A stretch of DNA of 64,000 nucleotides from Octopus sinensis (lineage: Eukaryota), in assembly GCF_006345805.1 (NCBI RefSeq), contig NC_043014.1, positions 35,092,001 through 35,156,000 of the forward strand, given 5' to 3'. The notes beneath the pieces are model-generated. The model was not told the DNA's origin. It was given only the letters and a program-made list of their open reading frames with translations, and did no database searches. Below are positions 14,565 through 28,778 of this stretch, piece by piece; within the stretch, counting starts at the first letter, position 1, and the number at the start of each line of letters is the position of its first letter. The translations under genes and the position numbers were made by a program.

Positions 14565-14645
<81 letters not shown>

Positions 14646-14657
14646 ATATATATATAT

Positions 14658-15067
14658 ACTCTTTTACTCTTTTACTCTTTTACTCTTTTACTTGTTTCAG
14701 TCATTTGACTGCGGCCATGCTGGAGCACCGCCTTTAGTCGAGCAAATCGACCCCGAGACTTATTCTTTGTAAGCCCAGTACTTATTCTATCGGTCTCTTT
14801 TGCCGAACCACTAAGTTACGGGGACGTAAACACACCAGCATCGGTTGTCAAGCAATGCTAGGGGGACAAACACAGACACAGAAACACACACACACATATA
14901 TATATATACATATACGACAGGCTTCTTTTAGTTTCCGTCTACCAAATCCACTCACAAGGCATTGGTCGGCCCGGGGCTATAGCAGAAGACAGTTGCCCAA
15001 GATGCCACGCAGTGGGACTGAACCCGGAACCATGTGGTTGGTTAGCAAGCTACTTACCACACAGCCA
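14658..15067 (-). mobile_element. SINE family A
   Basis: Near-identical to 8571-8972. Confidence 0.9.
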
Positions 15068-15437
15068 TATATTGTATTTCTGGTAATATTGTGATTACTC
15101 GAGATAATTACGTCTCCTAACTGCAATTTAAAATGCAGTGATGTTACTGCTGAGAATTGTTATAGCAGCAGTGTTTCAATCGATCTGTAACGAAACACCT
15201 GTATTAGAATGAAAGTATAGACAAACTAACAACTAGTAACTGGTCCTATTGGAACAATTACATGTTTATATATCTATACAACTTGGATGTAGAAAAAGTG
15301 CTGCAGGAGTTTAAATGACAAGAAATCAATAACGGGCTCGGTTGAGAAATATTCGTAATGGCGTGATATATATGCTAATATATTCCCAGAATCGTTATAA
15401 GTTCAGTCCGTGTTATTGATATTAGATAGGTAAGTTA

Positions 15438-15819
15438 TCTCTCTCTATATAAACGGCAGTTTGTCTGTGCGTGTTTCTGTGTGTCTGTTTGCTTGTACCC
15501 TCACCCTGACCACGGCTTTCAACCGATTCTGATGAAACTTGACACACACATAGCACAATGTCATAATTCAAAACTAACGCAGAGAAAATTTTGAAAAGTT
15601 CCCCCAGTTCTGAAAAAATCGATAAATTCGACATGGGGTCAAGAATCAGAAACACAAACCGCAAACTGTCTAGGGGACGCAACTCCACCTTTTTTACTCT
15701 CAAAAAAAATTTACCATCATTTTTTCCCATTTTTTTGCTATTTTTTGGCTATAACTCTCTAAAAATGCTTTATAGTTATTTCCCTTACAAACCTGAGCAA
15801 CGCCGGGCGATACTGCTAG
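15438..15819 (+). mobile_element. Complete non-autonomous Helitron
   Basis: A|TC start, 3' hairpin cctgagcaacgccggg, CTAG|T end, no TSD. Confidence 0.88.
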
Positions 15820-15834
15820 TCATCGTTAAAATCT

Positions 15835-16388
<554 letters not shown>

Positions 16389-16591
16389 CCGAAGGAAGTT
16401 TAAGAAATTAGCGACAATATTATATTAGTAACACCGACTTACCACAAAAAGATTTCGGGAATATATTAACGTGTATCACAACCATTATGAACGTTGCTCA
16501 ATCGATCGTTTATTGATCTCTCGTGATTTAAACTCCTTAAATATTTCTTTTAAATATTTTAATAAATAGAGGCACTTTATTTGCTAATATA

Positions 16592-16802
16592 GGCGCAGGA
16601 GTGGCTGTGTGGTAAGTAGCTTGCTTACGAACCACATGGCTCCGGGTTCAGTCCCACTGCGCGGTACCTTGGGCATGTGTCTTCTACTATAGCCTCGGGC
16701 CGACCAAAGCCTTGTGAGTGGATTTGGTAGACGGAAACTAAAAGAAGCCCGTCGTATATATGTATATACATGTGTGTGTCTGTGTGTGAGCGTGTGTGTG
16801 TG

Positions 16803-16833
<31 letters not shown>

Positions 16834-17047
16834 TTGTGTGTCTGTGTTTGTCCCCCCCCCCCAACATTACTTGACAACCGATGCCGGTGTGTTTACGTCC
16901 CCGTAACTCAGCGGTTCGGTAAAAGTGACCGATAGAATAAGTACTAGGCTTACAAAGAATAAGTCCCGGGGTCGATTTGCTCGACTAAAGGCGGTGCTCC
17001 AGTATGGCCACGGTCATATGACTGAAACAAGTAAAAGAGTAAAGAGT
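16592..17047 (+). mobile_element. SINE family A, full length
   Basis: ggcgcaggagtggc through aagtaaaagagtaaagagt. Confidence 0.92.
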
Positions 17048-17353
17048 ATACACTTTAAAAAGATGAAAAAAGGAAAAGAGAAAATGGAGAGAAAAAGTGG
17101 GGAGTAGCCACCCCACCTCGCGGGGCTCATTTCTCCAATGGGCCACCGCTATCCATGTTTTGCAGAGGAAATCGGTAGTACGGTGTCCTAGAACCCTTGA
17201 CATCTCGACGGCAACCGGCACAAACTGAGAGCGGCCGGACAGGCTCCTGTACTTAATGATTTTTCTCTCCTCCGCGTTGAATATATAAATATGTAAATGC
17301 CATAATATGACCAGATGTCAGTTGTTTGCCTGTCTATACTTCATTTTGCCAAA

Positions 17354-17770
17354 AGGCGGCGAGCTGGCAGAAACTTTAGCATTCCGGGCGAAATGCTTAG
17401 CAGTATTTCGTCTGGCGCTACGTTCTGAGTTCAAATTCCGCCGAGGTTGACTTTGCCTTTCATCCTTTCGGGGTCGATAAATTAAGTACCAGTTACGCAC
17501 TGGGATCGATGTAATCGACTTAATACCTATGTCTGTCATTGTTTGTCCCCTCTCTATGTTTAGCCCCTTGTGGGTAATAAAGAAATAGGTATTTCGTCTG
17601 TCGTTACGTTCTGAGTTCAAATTCCGCCGAGGTTGACTTTGCTTTTCATCCTTTCGGGGTCGATAAATTAAGTACCAGTTACGCACTGGGATCGATGTAA
17701 TCGGCTTAATCCGTTTGTCTGTCCTTGTTTGTCCCCTCTGTGTTTAGCCCCTTGTGGGCAGTAAAGAAAT
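17354..17770 (+). mobile_element. SINE family B dimer with 17-bp TSD
   Basis: tatacttcattttgcca at 17335-17351 and 17772-17788. Confidence 0.92.
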
Positions 17771-18402
17771 ATATACTTCATTTTGCCATAAATATCTACG
17801 CATGTGTATCTTTTATCTTTTATGTCTTACTTGTTCCAGTTCATTAGACTGCAGCCATGCTGGGGCATCAACTTAAGAATATTTAGTCGAATGAATCGAT
17901 CCCGGTATTTGATTAAAAAACCCCCAAAAAACTTGGTACTTATACTACCGGTCCGTTTTACGAGGACGTAGACACACAAACAGCGGTTGTCAAGCAGTGG
18001 TGGGGAACAGTCACAAAGATACACACACACATTTTTGAGGAAAAGCAACAACCTCGGGAACTAAGTAACTAGTTTTAAGCTAACTTACTTTACTGGATGT
18101 TTGTGGCATTATTTCAAGCCAGTCGGCTTTTTTTGCGCAAACTGGAAGTGCATTTTGCTAGCGTACGCGTAGTATCGATCGCAAACGCTGATGTACTTGC
18201 GCGTACAAATGCACGTTCCCACGGCTTTATCAATCGCATTCTCACCTGGAATCGATTTTTGTAATTTTTTCAAGACTTATACACACCCTGATACCGTTGG
18301 TATTTACATATCAAATTTGAGCGCAATCGAATGGACGATGCCCGAGATCCTAGAAGACACACACACAGACAGAACGGATTATATATATATATATATATAT
18401 AT

Positions 18403-18705
18403 AACGGGAAGCTTTATGAAAATGAACAAAAGACGAAGGCAGGTGGAGTACAAACAAACAATTGTATTAGTATGGCGCTCAGGAATATAAATAAAACAAG
18501 TCTTTTACGTTTCGAACCTATGCTCTTCAACAGAAAGATACACAGAAAAGAAACACAGAAAGAAACAAGGAGAGAAAAAAAATGCGTGCAGAGGCTAGCG
18601 AATCAACATGGCGATCTGATTTCGGCCAGAAGTCAAAGATCAAACGTGAGACGCAAGAGCGAAATTAGGGGAGATAATAGGTAACGGATAATGCATATAT
18701 TGGGA
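18403..18705 (-). mobile_element. Penelope-like terminal fragment with hammerhead-like motif (18501-18538); truncated relatives at ~14050 and ~58110
   Basis: TCTTT CTGTTGA A GAGC ATAG GTTC GAAA CG TA AAAGA; 3' end runs into (TA)n. Confidence 0.65.
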
Positions 18706-18789
18706 GTCGAAGATGATGATGTTGGTTGCCATGAAAGAAAGAAGACATGAGCCGAAGTTGTAGATAACATTTATTTCTTCATTTACACG

Positions 18790-19581
18790 TAATTAAAATC
18801 AAACCACGACGAGCAAGCCTGTATAAAAACAGTCGGATAGCATTCGAGGTAACGAGAGTTATATTTTTTTTGTAAAAGGGTATATTGCATTGGTCTTAGT
18901 TATTCTTTATCGTTCTAGTATCATCCGTAACTAAACAGACCAAGTGAATGTTGTCGAAACGAAAGCGAGTGAGTGAAAAAGTAAGAGAGGGGTGGGCCGG
19001 ACAATTGTATTGTTGGTGAATTCCATAGCTGTCCTTCTATGACATTCTGTCGAGACAGTATTGCAAAGCGGTCGGCCTGCTCTCTATCTGTTGCTTCTCC
19101 AAATGATTGTATTTACAACAAACATACACAACAACTATACAGGTGTGCATACCGTTGCGAACAAGAGGTGGGTCGAAGTAGGTCAACTGTAATTAAAATC
19201 AAATCACGACGGGCAAGCGTGTATAAAAACAGTCGGATAGCATTCGAGGTAAGGAGAGTTATATCTTCTTGTAAAAGGGTTTATAGCATTGGACTTAGTT
19301 ATTCTCTGTCGTTCTAGTTCTAGCCTCCGTAACTAAATAGATCAAGTGATGTTGAAATGAAAGCGAGTGGGTGAAAAAGTAAGAGAGGGGTGAGCAGGAC
19401 AATTGTGTCGTTGGTGAATTCCATAGGTGTCCCTCCATGACATTCTGTCGAGACAGGTTTTCGAACCAGTCGGCCTGCTCTCTATCTGTTGTCTCTCCAA
19501 ATGATTGTATTTATAACAATATACACAACAACTATACATGTGCCATACTGTTGCGAACAAGAGGTGGGTCGAAGTAGGTCA
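18790..19581. repeat. Tandem duplication of a ~400-bp unit
   Basis: taattaaaatcaaa...gaggtgggtcgaagtaggtca starts at 18790 and at 19190. Confidence 0.93.
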
Positions 19582-19659
19582 TCTTTTATCATCCGTGAAC
19601 TTTCTATGCTAGTCATAGTTCTCATGTCAAAAGGGAAATACATTAATCATGGTTTCTTT

Positions 19660-20197
19660 ATTGGCTAACCGCATGGTTCCCTTATGAGGAACTGCATTGA
19701 GGCAAATATTCTCATTGGTTGCGGTAAAGACGACATCGTCTTCATTCCTCGCATACCAGTTTTACCATCTAATGTCCTATTCCAATTTAAGCCGTTACGG
19801 TTTCCAATCTCACTTTCTTTTGTCATGAGCATAATAAAAGTCAGGACCAAACACTAAAAGTTGCTGGATTACAACTTGAAGAACCATGCTTTTCACATGG
19901 CCAATTTTATGTAGGAGCATCATGCGTGGGAGAAAAAAAGCAAATCTTTTTGCTTATGCATTCTGAAATAAGACAAAAAACATTGTTTATAAAGAAATAT
20001 TTACTCATAATGCAACATGATTACTTCAATAATTTAATTTAACGTTATATTCTAGAATGAGTAAATTATTACATATTTTTCTCTTATAAAAATACACACA
20101 TACAGGAAGAGTAAATTATATATATAATAATACTCTGAATGTGGTTCAGTAGAAACAATAAAAGTAATTACCCGATCACCACTGCTACTACTGCTAG
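19660..20197 (+). mobile_element. Helitron 3' remnant (Pif1-type helicase C-terminus)
   Basis: IVFIPRIP..FQFK..FPISLSF..KSQDQTL..PCFSHGQFYVG; ends CTAG|T at 20197. Confidence 0.85.
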
Positions 20198-20223
20198 TAT
20201 ATATACATACATACATACATAAC

Positions 20224-20328
<105 letters not shown>

Positions 20329-20937
20329 CACCAAGTAAGCTAGAGTGTGTGGATCCAACCCACTAAGAGATAATACTTATCCAATATACTGTTGGTATAA
20401 TACCCAATTATTAATGCACAAGTGTTTTTAATTGCAATGCAATAAACTTACTTATTGTATTAAATGGGTGAAGGTAAAGAAATATTTTACCATTAATTTA
20501 TATTGCAAATAAGAAAATGGAGAAGCACATTAGTTGGTTTATCAGCTTTAGGATATTAGAATGCTGACTTATTTATTTATCAAAACGATAACTATAATAA
20601 CATACATACATATAGTATATTAGTCAATGCATATAAGATAAGAATACAAGTAGTTATTAAAAAACAATAATAATATTAGTAATAATTAAATATTATATGT
20701 GTACTCATGGATATGGATGTATATGTATGGTCCAGTATATATAATTAATTGTCTATATGCTTGTATGTATAATCATGTCTATCTCTATATATGTACACGT
20801 ATATGTGTATATATATGTTTATGTATGTATATATATATATATATTATATATATATATATAATATATATATATATATATTAAATTGTGCGTGTATTTTGTT
20901 TTATATATATATTGATATTTTTTTTATTGTACTTTAT

Positions 20938-21061
20938 AATCTTTGACGAGGCCTAGGGATATAAGTTCCTCATTTTCAACTGCCTACCACTTCAATACAC
21001 TTGACCAATATAGGCACAATGAGTTGCTATTATCCATAGGCTGAAACAGCTGTAAGTGATT
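20938..21061 (+). ncRNA. Hammerhead-like motif with long nested stem II (C3U core)
   Basis: TTGACGA GGCCTA...TAGGCT GAAA CAGCTG TA AG; nested ggata/tatcc, ctcatt/aatgag and tgccta/taggca pairings. Confidence 0.6.
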
Positions 21062-21419
21062 TTAATAATTTATATTCATGTTTTTTAATAACTACTTTTA
21101 TTCTTATATTTTATGCATTGAATAATATACTATATGTATGTATGTTATTATGGTTGTCGTTTAGATGAATAAATAAGTCAACATTTTAATATCCTAAATA
21201 TCCTAATATCCTAAATATTTTTGTTGTTTTTGTAAAATCTCAGAAAATAATTAAAAATTCACATTTTTTATTAAATTATTTTGTTATATTTGTCTATCTA
21301 TCCAACTGTAAACATTTTTTATATTTCACTAACTTTTTGTTATAACTTGGTAAAAGGGTACATATTTTGCCAAAAATTGCCAACTAATGGGCTTCTCCAT
21401 TTTATTATTTGCCATGTAT

Positions 21420-22174
21420 ATATATATATATAAAAAATCCGTCCTGTCTGTCTGTCTCTTTGTACGCTTATAACTCGAGTATTGTTCATCCGATCGCGCT
21501 GAAATTTTAAACATGGATACATGAGAGAGCGCGGCGTTCCGTAATCTAAAAAGATTTGCAAAATCGTTAGTTTCAAAATGCGAATCACAATTTTTGTAAT
21601 CTTTAATTTCCTGTTTGTTCCACCATTAAAACAACCAGTTGCTCAGACATACCATTTCGCTAGCAACAAGGGGAGTACAAGATGACAGTCAGCTAAAACC
21701 GTCGCTATGCTGTCTCTCTTCTCTCCTCTCTCTGTGGGGTTAATAATCTTAATCTTAGTTACAGTTTCTCATTCAAACTACATAATAGGCAGAATTGTCA
21801 GATTAACACAGTAGGGTGTTTTGAGGGAGATTTGACTGCTATTTCTACTAGGTCTTACGTCTGTATTGTTATGTGACATACTGTTTTATATATTATATAT
21901 TCCTTATGCTTTCCAAAACCGAGTTACAGATTTTGACGTATGGGGTATCAAAAGATTCAGTACTATTTTGGCTACAACTTAATTGCCATTCACATATTTG
22001 CATTTCAAATAATCTTTTCCATAAATCAACTATCGTAAAAATTTTATGCGATGACGTCACATTTTCTTATGTGTGTGTACCTTAAAAGACATCAATCCTC
22101 ACGACGCACACCTTCACTCACTCTATCTCTCTTTCTCACCCTTTTTCTCTCTCACATACACACGCACAGGAACT

Positions 22175-22231
<57 letters not shown>

Positions 22232-23374
22232 GCGTCCATTTCATATAGACGTACATACATCTTTCACTTTCTTTCTCTGTTCTTTTTGATTTCTCTTCTT
22301 TCAATTTCTGCTTTCTTCAAATTAAATTTTTACGGATACAACTACTTACAAAAACAGGGATTCATGTATAATTTCTTTCTATGTTCATAATTTTTTGTTT
22401 ACAATATTGGGAAAAATATCCCACCAAAGAAAAGACATAATTTCTCCAGAAACAAGTATAAAGCAAGGAGGAATGCAGAAAACCGAAGGCAAGAGTCTGA
22501 AGAGAGAAGCTAGATGAGATTTCCTCAACATCAGCAAATACATGTTGCAGTACTTAATGCGGGATCATTAAATCAATGTTTTAATGATTAGACAGAGGTC
22601 CAATAGAATAGCTCTCAGAAACAGACTACGTACAAATTCGTTCTTCACAACTCCTGAACCTGTTTTCAGATATGATCCATCCCGTTCTTATAAAAATAAC
22701 TGTCCAAACTGGTGTGCTAAACACAAGTCATCTTTACTGTAGAGCTTTAAAATTTTCGAATGAAACAAATGGTATGTGCTGCACAGGCGATCGGGTAATA
22801 TTGCCAGCACTACCAACTTCTTCTCAACATCTTATGGATCTTCTAGAAGGCATTTCCATCCAGTCAAAGGATTTGCTGAACAATATCAGACAAGACAACT
22901 CTGCAAATGACATCGTTTGTTGCATCTAAGAAGATAGATAAATATGAATTTACACCAACGTCAAAGTTCAAGGGCAAGTCTATCACCTCATTGGTTCCCT
23001 GTTACCCATAAATGAACAACAACAGTTCCTCCAAATTTACTTTCTGAGTGATGTAGGACAACAAACCCGAAGGAGGTGTCAACATTTCAGATGATGGGTC
23101 GTCTTAGACACAGCGCCGACTGCTGCAAAAGAGAGTATGTCTAATGACAACTTCTCGGTGCGTTCAAAAACCACCTAGCCCCCACAGGTTAGGGCCTGAA
23201 ATACTCCAAACGGACGAATCGCATGTTGCTTAGTCGAATTAGCCCATAATTTACTCGACAAATGTTTTGTTGTCAATGCTGCACTTTCCTATATCACCTG
23301 TTTCAACATAACTGCAATATATTATATACAAGCTACAGCATTTTATCCCGAGCAACGCCGGATGTCTCTGCTAG
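21420..23374 (+). mobile_element. Internally deleted Helitron with RepHel N-terminal remnant
   Basis: YCRALKF..ETNGMCC..VILP, NIRQ.NSA and KVQGQVYHLIGSLLP..FLQIYF (~22730-23050); 3' hairpin and CTAG|T near 23373. Confidence 0.75.
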
Positions 23375-23413
23375 TATATATATATATATATACATATATG
23401 TATGTATGTATAT

Positions 23414-23453
<40 letters not shown>

Positions 23454-23544
23454 TGTATGTATGTATGTATATATATACATATGTATATATATACATATAT
23501 ATATATATATGTAAATATATATTTGTATTTATATATATAAATAA

Positions 23545-24418
23545 AAATAAGGCTTTTGTAATGAAGGCTCAACATTTTATAAAACTTTTTACTGTAAAAC
23601 AACATACACACACATGTTCGTGCACACAAACACTTGCGCGCGCACACACACACACGCACCTGTGCCTACCTGTGCGTATGATTGTGTTTAAGTATGGGGA
23701 TGCAGGTGGGTTGAAGCTAGGCTTGTCTGTGTGTATGTTCTATTGTAATTCCATGTATATCCTGAAAGCTAGTAGCTAAGTTGACGCTTGGATGTAATCC
23801 TTAATATTTAACTCACCAAAACCAAACCAACCCAGAAAGTTAGCCGAACAGCTGATCTCGGGTAAATATTATTATCATTTTTGCTGACAAACAGATAAAA
23901 GTTACTGTGACACAGCGAATTGTGTTGTTGAGCAGTAGTATCCTTTAGGTTTTTGTAATGAAGGCTCAACATTTTACTAAACATTTTACTGTAAAACAAT
24001 TTTATTTGAGAAAAATTTCAAGTTTGAACGTTTTGTTTTAAACCCTTTTCTGTAAAACAGGAATTTTTTTCCATTTAGATATAAATAATAGGTGCTAAAT
24101 ATGTATGCGAGTGACGAGAGATGAGATCGCATGAATGATTATTTTAAAGCACTTCGTCACAACATAATGGCTGGTTCGTGGACCAGTATAATACATACAG
24201 GTAAGTTCCTGGTAGAGCAAAATATACACCTGCAACATGGTTACGTTTACGAAATAAAATAAACTTATTTAGACACACACACGCACAGGCACAGACGCTT
24301 AAACGCACATGCACACACATACAAAGGTGATCCTGAATCAGCTATGGTCTGTAAGTAGGATCTTTTACCGGAGTTATTTACTTTCAGAAAATTTTCTTTT
24401 TCTTATTTTCTTATTTTC

Positions 24419-24463
<45 letters not shown>

Positions 24464-25563
24464 TCTCACACGCACGCACATGCCCGCGTACGTCCGCACC
24501 GCGCACAATAAGACGATCCCAAAACATCTGTGGTCTGTAAGCAGGAGATATTTATTTTCTAATAAACTAGAGATGTTTATTTTCCAAAAATCTTTTCATT
24601 TTGTATCTATTTACCAATCACCGGCAGCGCTCGTGCATACACACATACACACACCTGTGCCTACCTGTGCGTATGATTGTGTATTTGTATGGGAATGCAG
24701 TTGGGTTGAAGCTAGGCTTGTCTGTGTATGTTCTATTTTAATTCCATGTATATCCTAAAAGCTAGTAGCTAAGTTGACGCTTGGATGTAATCCTTAATAT
24801 TTAACTCATCAAAACCCCAGAAAATTAGCCGAACAGCTGATCTCAGGTAAATATTATCATTTTTTTTTGCTGACAAACAGGTAAAAGTTGCTGTGACACA
24901 GCGAATTGTGTTGTTGAGCAGTAGTATCCTTTAGGTTTTTGTAATGAAGGCTCAACATTTTACTAAACCTTTTACTGTAAAACAATTTTATTTGAGAAAA
25001 ATTTCAAGTTTGAACGTTTTGTTTTAAACCCTTTTCTGTAAAACAGGAATTTTTTTCCATTTAGATATATATAATAGGTGCTAAATATGTATGCGAGTGA
25101 CGAGAGATGAGTTCGCATGAATGATTATTTTAAAGCACTTCGTCACAACATAATGGCTGGTTCATGGACCAGTATAATACATACAGGTAAGTTCCTGGTA
25201 GAGCAAAATATGCAACACCTGCAACATGGTTACGTTTACGAAATAAATTTAACTTGTTATTTACACACACACGCACCTTCGCTCAAACACACAGATGCTT
25301 AAACGCACACGCACACACACATACGTTATCGTGCACACATACACACACACATGCGTTATCGTGCACACATACACACTCACACACACAAAGGTGATCCCGA
25401 ATCAGCTATGGTCTGTAAGTAGGATCTTTTACCGGAGTTATTTACTTTCAGAAAATTTTCTTTATTTTCTTATTTTCCTTTTACACGCACACACACAGAC
25501 ACAGACACAGACACACAAACACACACACGCACACACACAAACACACACACTCACAAACACACA

Positions 25564-25620
<57 letters not shown>

Positions 25621-26853
25621 AGCACCCTCACACGCACGCACATGCACGCGTACGTCCGCGCCGCGCATAAAAAGATGATCCCAAAACATCTGTGGTCTGT
25701 AAGCAGGAGATATTTATTTTCTAATAAACTAGAGATGTTTATTTTCCAAAAATCTTTTCATTTTGTATCTATTTACCAATCACCGGCAGCGCTCGCGCAT
25801 ACACACACACACACACCTGTGCCTACCTGTGCGTATGATTGTGTTTGTGTATGGGAATGCAGGTGTCTGTGTATGTTCTATTTTAATTCCATGTATATCC
25901 TGAAAGCTAGTAGCTAAGTTGACGCTTGGATGTAATCCTTAATATTTAACTCATCAAAACCAAACCAACCCAGAAAGTTAGCCGAACAGCTGATCTCAGG
26001 TAAATATTATCATTTTTTTTGCTGACAAACAGGTAAAAGTTGCTGTGACACAGCGAATTGTGTTGTTGAGCAGTAGTATCCTTTAGGTTTTTGTAATGAA
26101 GGCTCAACATTTTACTAAACCTTTTACTGTAAAACAATTTTATTTAAGGAAAATTTCAAGTTTGAACGTTTTGTTTTAAACCCTTTTCTGTAAAACAGGA
26201 ATTTTTTTCCATTTAGATATAAATAATAGGTGCTAAATATGTATGCGAGTGACGAGAGATGAGATCGCATGAATGATTATTTTAAAGCACTTCGTCACAA
26301 CATAATGGCTGGTTCATGGACCAGTATAATACGTACAGGTAAGTTCCTGGTAGAGCAAAATATACAACACCTGCAACATGGTTACGTTTACGAAATAAAA
26401 TAAACTTATTTAGACACACACACGCACAGGCACAGACGCTTAAACGCACACGTACACACACATGCGTCATCGTGCACACACATACAAAGGTGATCCTGAA
26501 TCAGCTATGGTCTGTAAGTAGGATCTTTTACCGGAATTATTTACTTTCAGAAAATTTTCTTTATTTTCTTATTTTCCTTTTACACGCACACACATACACA
26601 CACAGACACAGACACACACACACACACGCGCGCACACACAAACACACACACTCACAAACACACACACACACAAACAAGCACCCTCACACGCACGCACATG
26701 CACGCGTACGTCCGCGCCGCGCATAAAAAGATGATCCCAAAACATCTATGGTCTGTAAGCAGGAGATATTTATTTTCTAATAAACTAGAGATGTTTATTT
26801 TCCAAAAATCTTTTCATTTTGTATCTATTTACCAATCACCGGCAGCGCTCGCG

Positions 26854-26884
<31 letters not shown>

Positions 26885-27678
26885 CTGTGCCTACCTGTGC
26901 GTATGATTGTGTTTGTGTATGGGAATGCAGGTGTCTGTTTATATTCTATTTTAATTCCATGTATATCCTGAAAGCTAGTAGCTAAGTTGACGCTTGGATG
27001 TAATCCTTAATATTTAACTCATCAAAACCAAACCAACCCAGAAAGTTAGCCGAACAGCTGATCTCAGGTAAATATTATTATCATTTTTGCTGACAAACAG
27101 GTAAAAGTTGCTGTGACACAGCGAATTGTGTTGTTGAGCAGTAGTATCCTTTAGGTTTTTGTAATGAAGGCTCAACATTTTACTAAACCTTTTACTGTAA
27201 AACAATTTTATTTGAGAAAAATTTCAAGTTTGAACGTTTTGTTTAAACCCTTTTCTGTAAAACAGGAATTTTTTTTCCATTTAGATATAAATAATAGGTG
27301 CTAAATATGTATGCGAGTGACGAGAGATGAGATCGCATGAATGATTATTTTAAAGCACTTCGTCACAACATAATGGCTGGTTCGTGGACCAGTATAATAC
27401 ATACAGGTAAGTTCCTGGTAGAGCAAAATATACACCTGCAACATGGTTACGTTTACGAAATAAATTTAACTTGTTATTTACACACACACACAGAGACACA
27501 GACGCTCAAACGCACATGCACACACACACGTACACACGCATGCGTCGGCGTGCGCACACACACTCACACACACACACACACATACACACACACAAAGGTG
27601 ATCCCGAATCAGCTATGGTTTGTAAGTAGGATCTTTTACCGGAGTTATTTACTTCTAAAGAAAACTTTATCTTCTTAT

Positions 27679-27713
<35 letters not shown>

Positions 27714-27880
27714 ACACACACACACACACACGCTCCCACATGCACACTTAAATTACGCACGCACGCACATACACACGTACGCTCGCCCGCGCACAAAAAG
27801 GTGATCCTAAAACATCTATGGTCTGTAAGCAGGAGCTTTAACTGGAGATGTTTATTTTCCAAAAATCTTATCTTTTTCTA
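23545..27880. repeat. Tandem array of ~1.0-1.16 kb units (~4 copies)
   Basis: Marker tgtgcctacctgtgcgtatg near 23661, 24657, 25818 and 26886; unit length varies through internal (CA)n tracts. Confidence 0.95.
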
Positions 27881-28395
27881 TCAATTTTTTCAACATTTAC
27901 TTGTTTCAATCTTTGAATTTCGGCCATACTCGGTCACTGGCCTGCAAGGTTTTATTCGTCCATGGTTAGAGTATTCTCTTTCAAAGAAAGCCTTTTGTTT
28001 TGCTTGTCGGCACATTGACACTTCTGCTCAAGCGGATACTTGCTTTATTAAAGATGGATAGTCTAACTGGCATCATGCAAAAGAAAACAGCAAAAGTTTA
28101 AATAAGCACGCAAACTCTGCAGCCCATATCCAGGCTATTGTAACATGGAGGGAACGCCAACAGCGTTTGTCCACAACATCCGTGTCTTCAATGTTGCAAG
28201 ATGATCAATTGAGCAAAAACCGTTACTATATCAATTCAATTGTTGATATTGTGCGTTTTTTTTGCGCAAACGAATTGCCTTTTCGAGGAAACGAAAATGA
28301 AGCTTTTGAGGATCTTTATTCGGAAGGTGAGACGCAGCCTTGTGGTCTTTTTATGAAATTATGCCAATACACTTTAGAGAAAGACTCAAAGCTAA

Positions 28396-28778
28396 TCTCT
28401 CTCTAAATAAAGCTGAAGTTGTCTGTGTATGGCAGGTTTGGTAGCCTTCAATTAACACTATCTCCTCCGAGACCCTGCGGCACAAGTTGACGAAAATTAA
28501 GAGTATGTTAGAAGAAGGCTTGCTCTTCATTCCGTAGAAGATAAAATTCAAATCGGACCATGTTAAGACCAAAAATTATTTACATCAAAAAGGTGCTTTT
28601 TTTTTCTATGAAAATCCCTATTTTTTACGATTTTATGACTGCTGTGTCGCCATTTTTCAGTGTATTTCAACAAGAAAAATGTTCACTTAAAGAGAATAAC
28701 AAGCTATATAATGCTTTTCAAAAATTCCAATTCTAAAGGGTCGAAACAAACCCGAGCAACGCCGGGCGATACAGCACG
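28396..28778 (+). mobile_element. Non-autonomous Helitron inserted in the hAT ORF
   Basis: A|TC start, 3' cccgagcaacgccgggcgatac as at ~15790; splits KDSKL from IPKNATY. Confidence 0.75.

Noticed and set aside
16592-16665. tRNA genes
   Set aside because: The A/B boxes belong to SINE heads that continue into core and tail.
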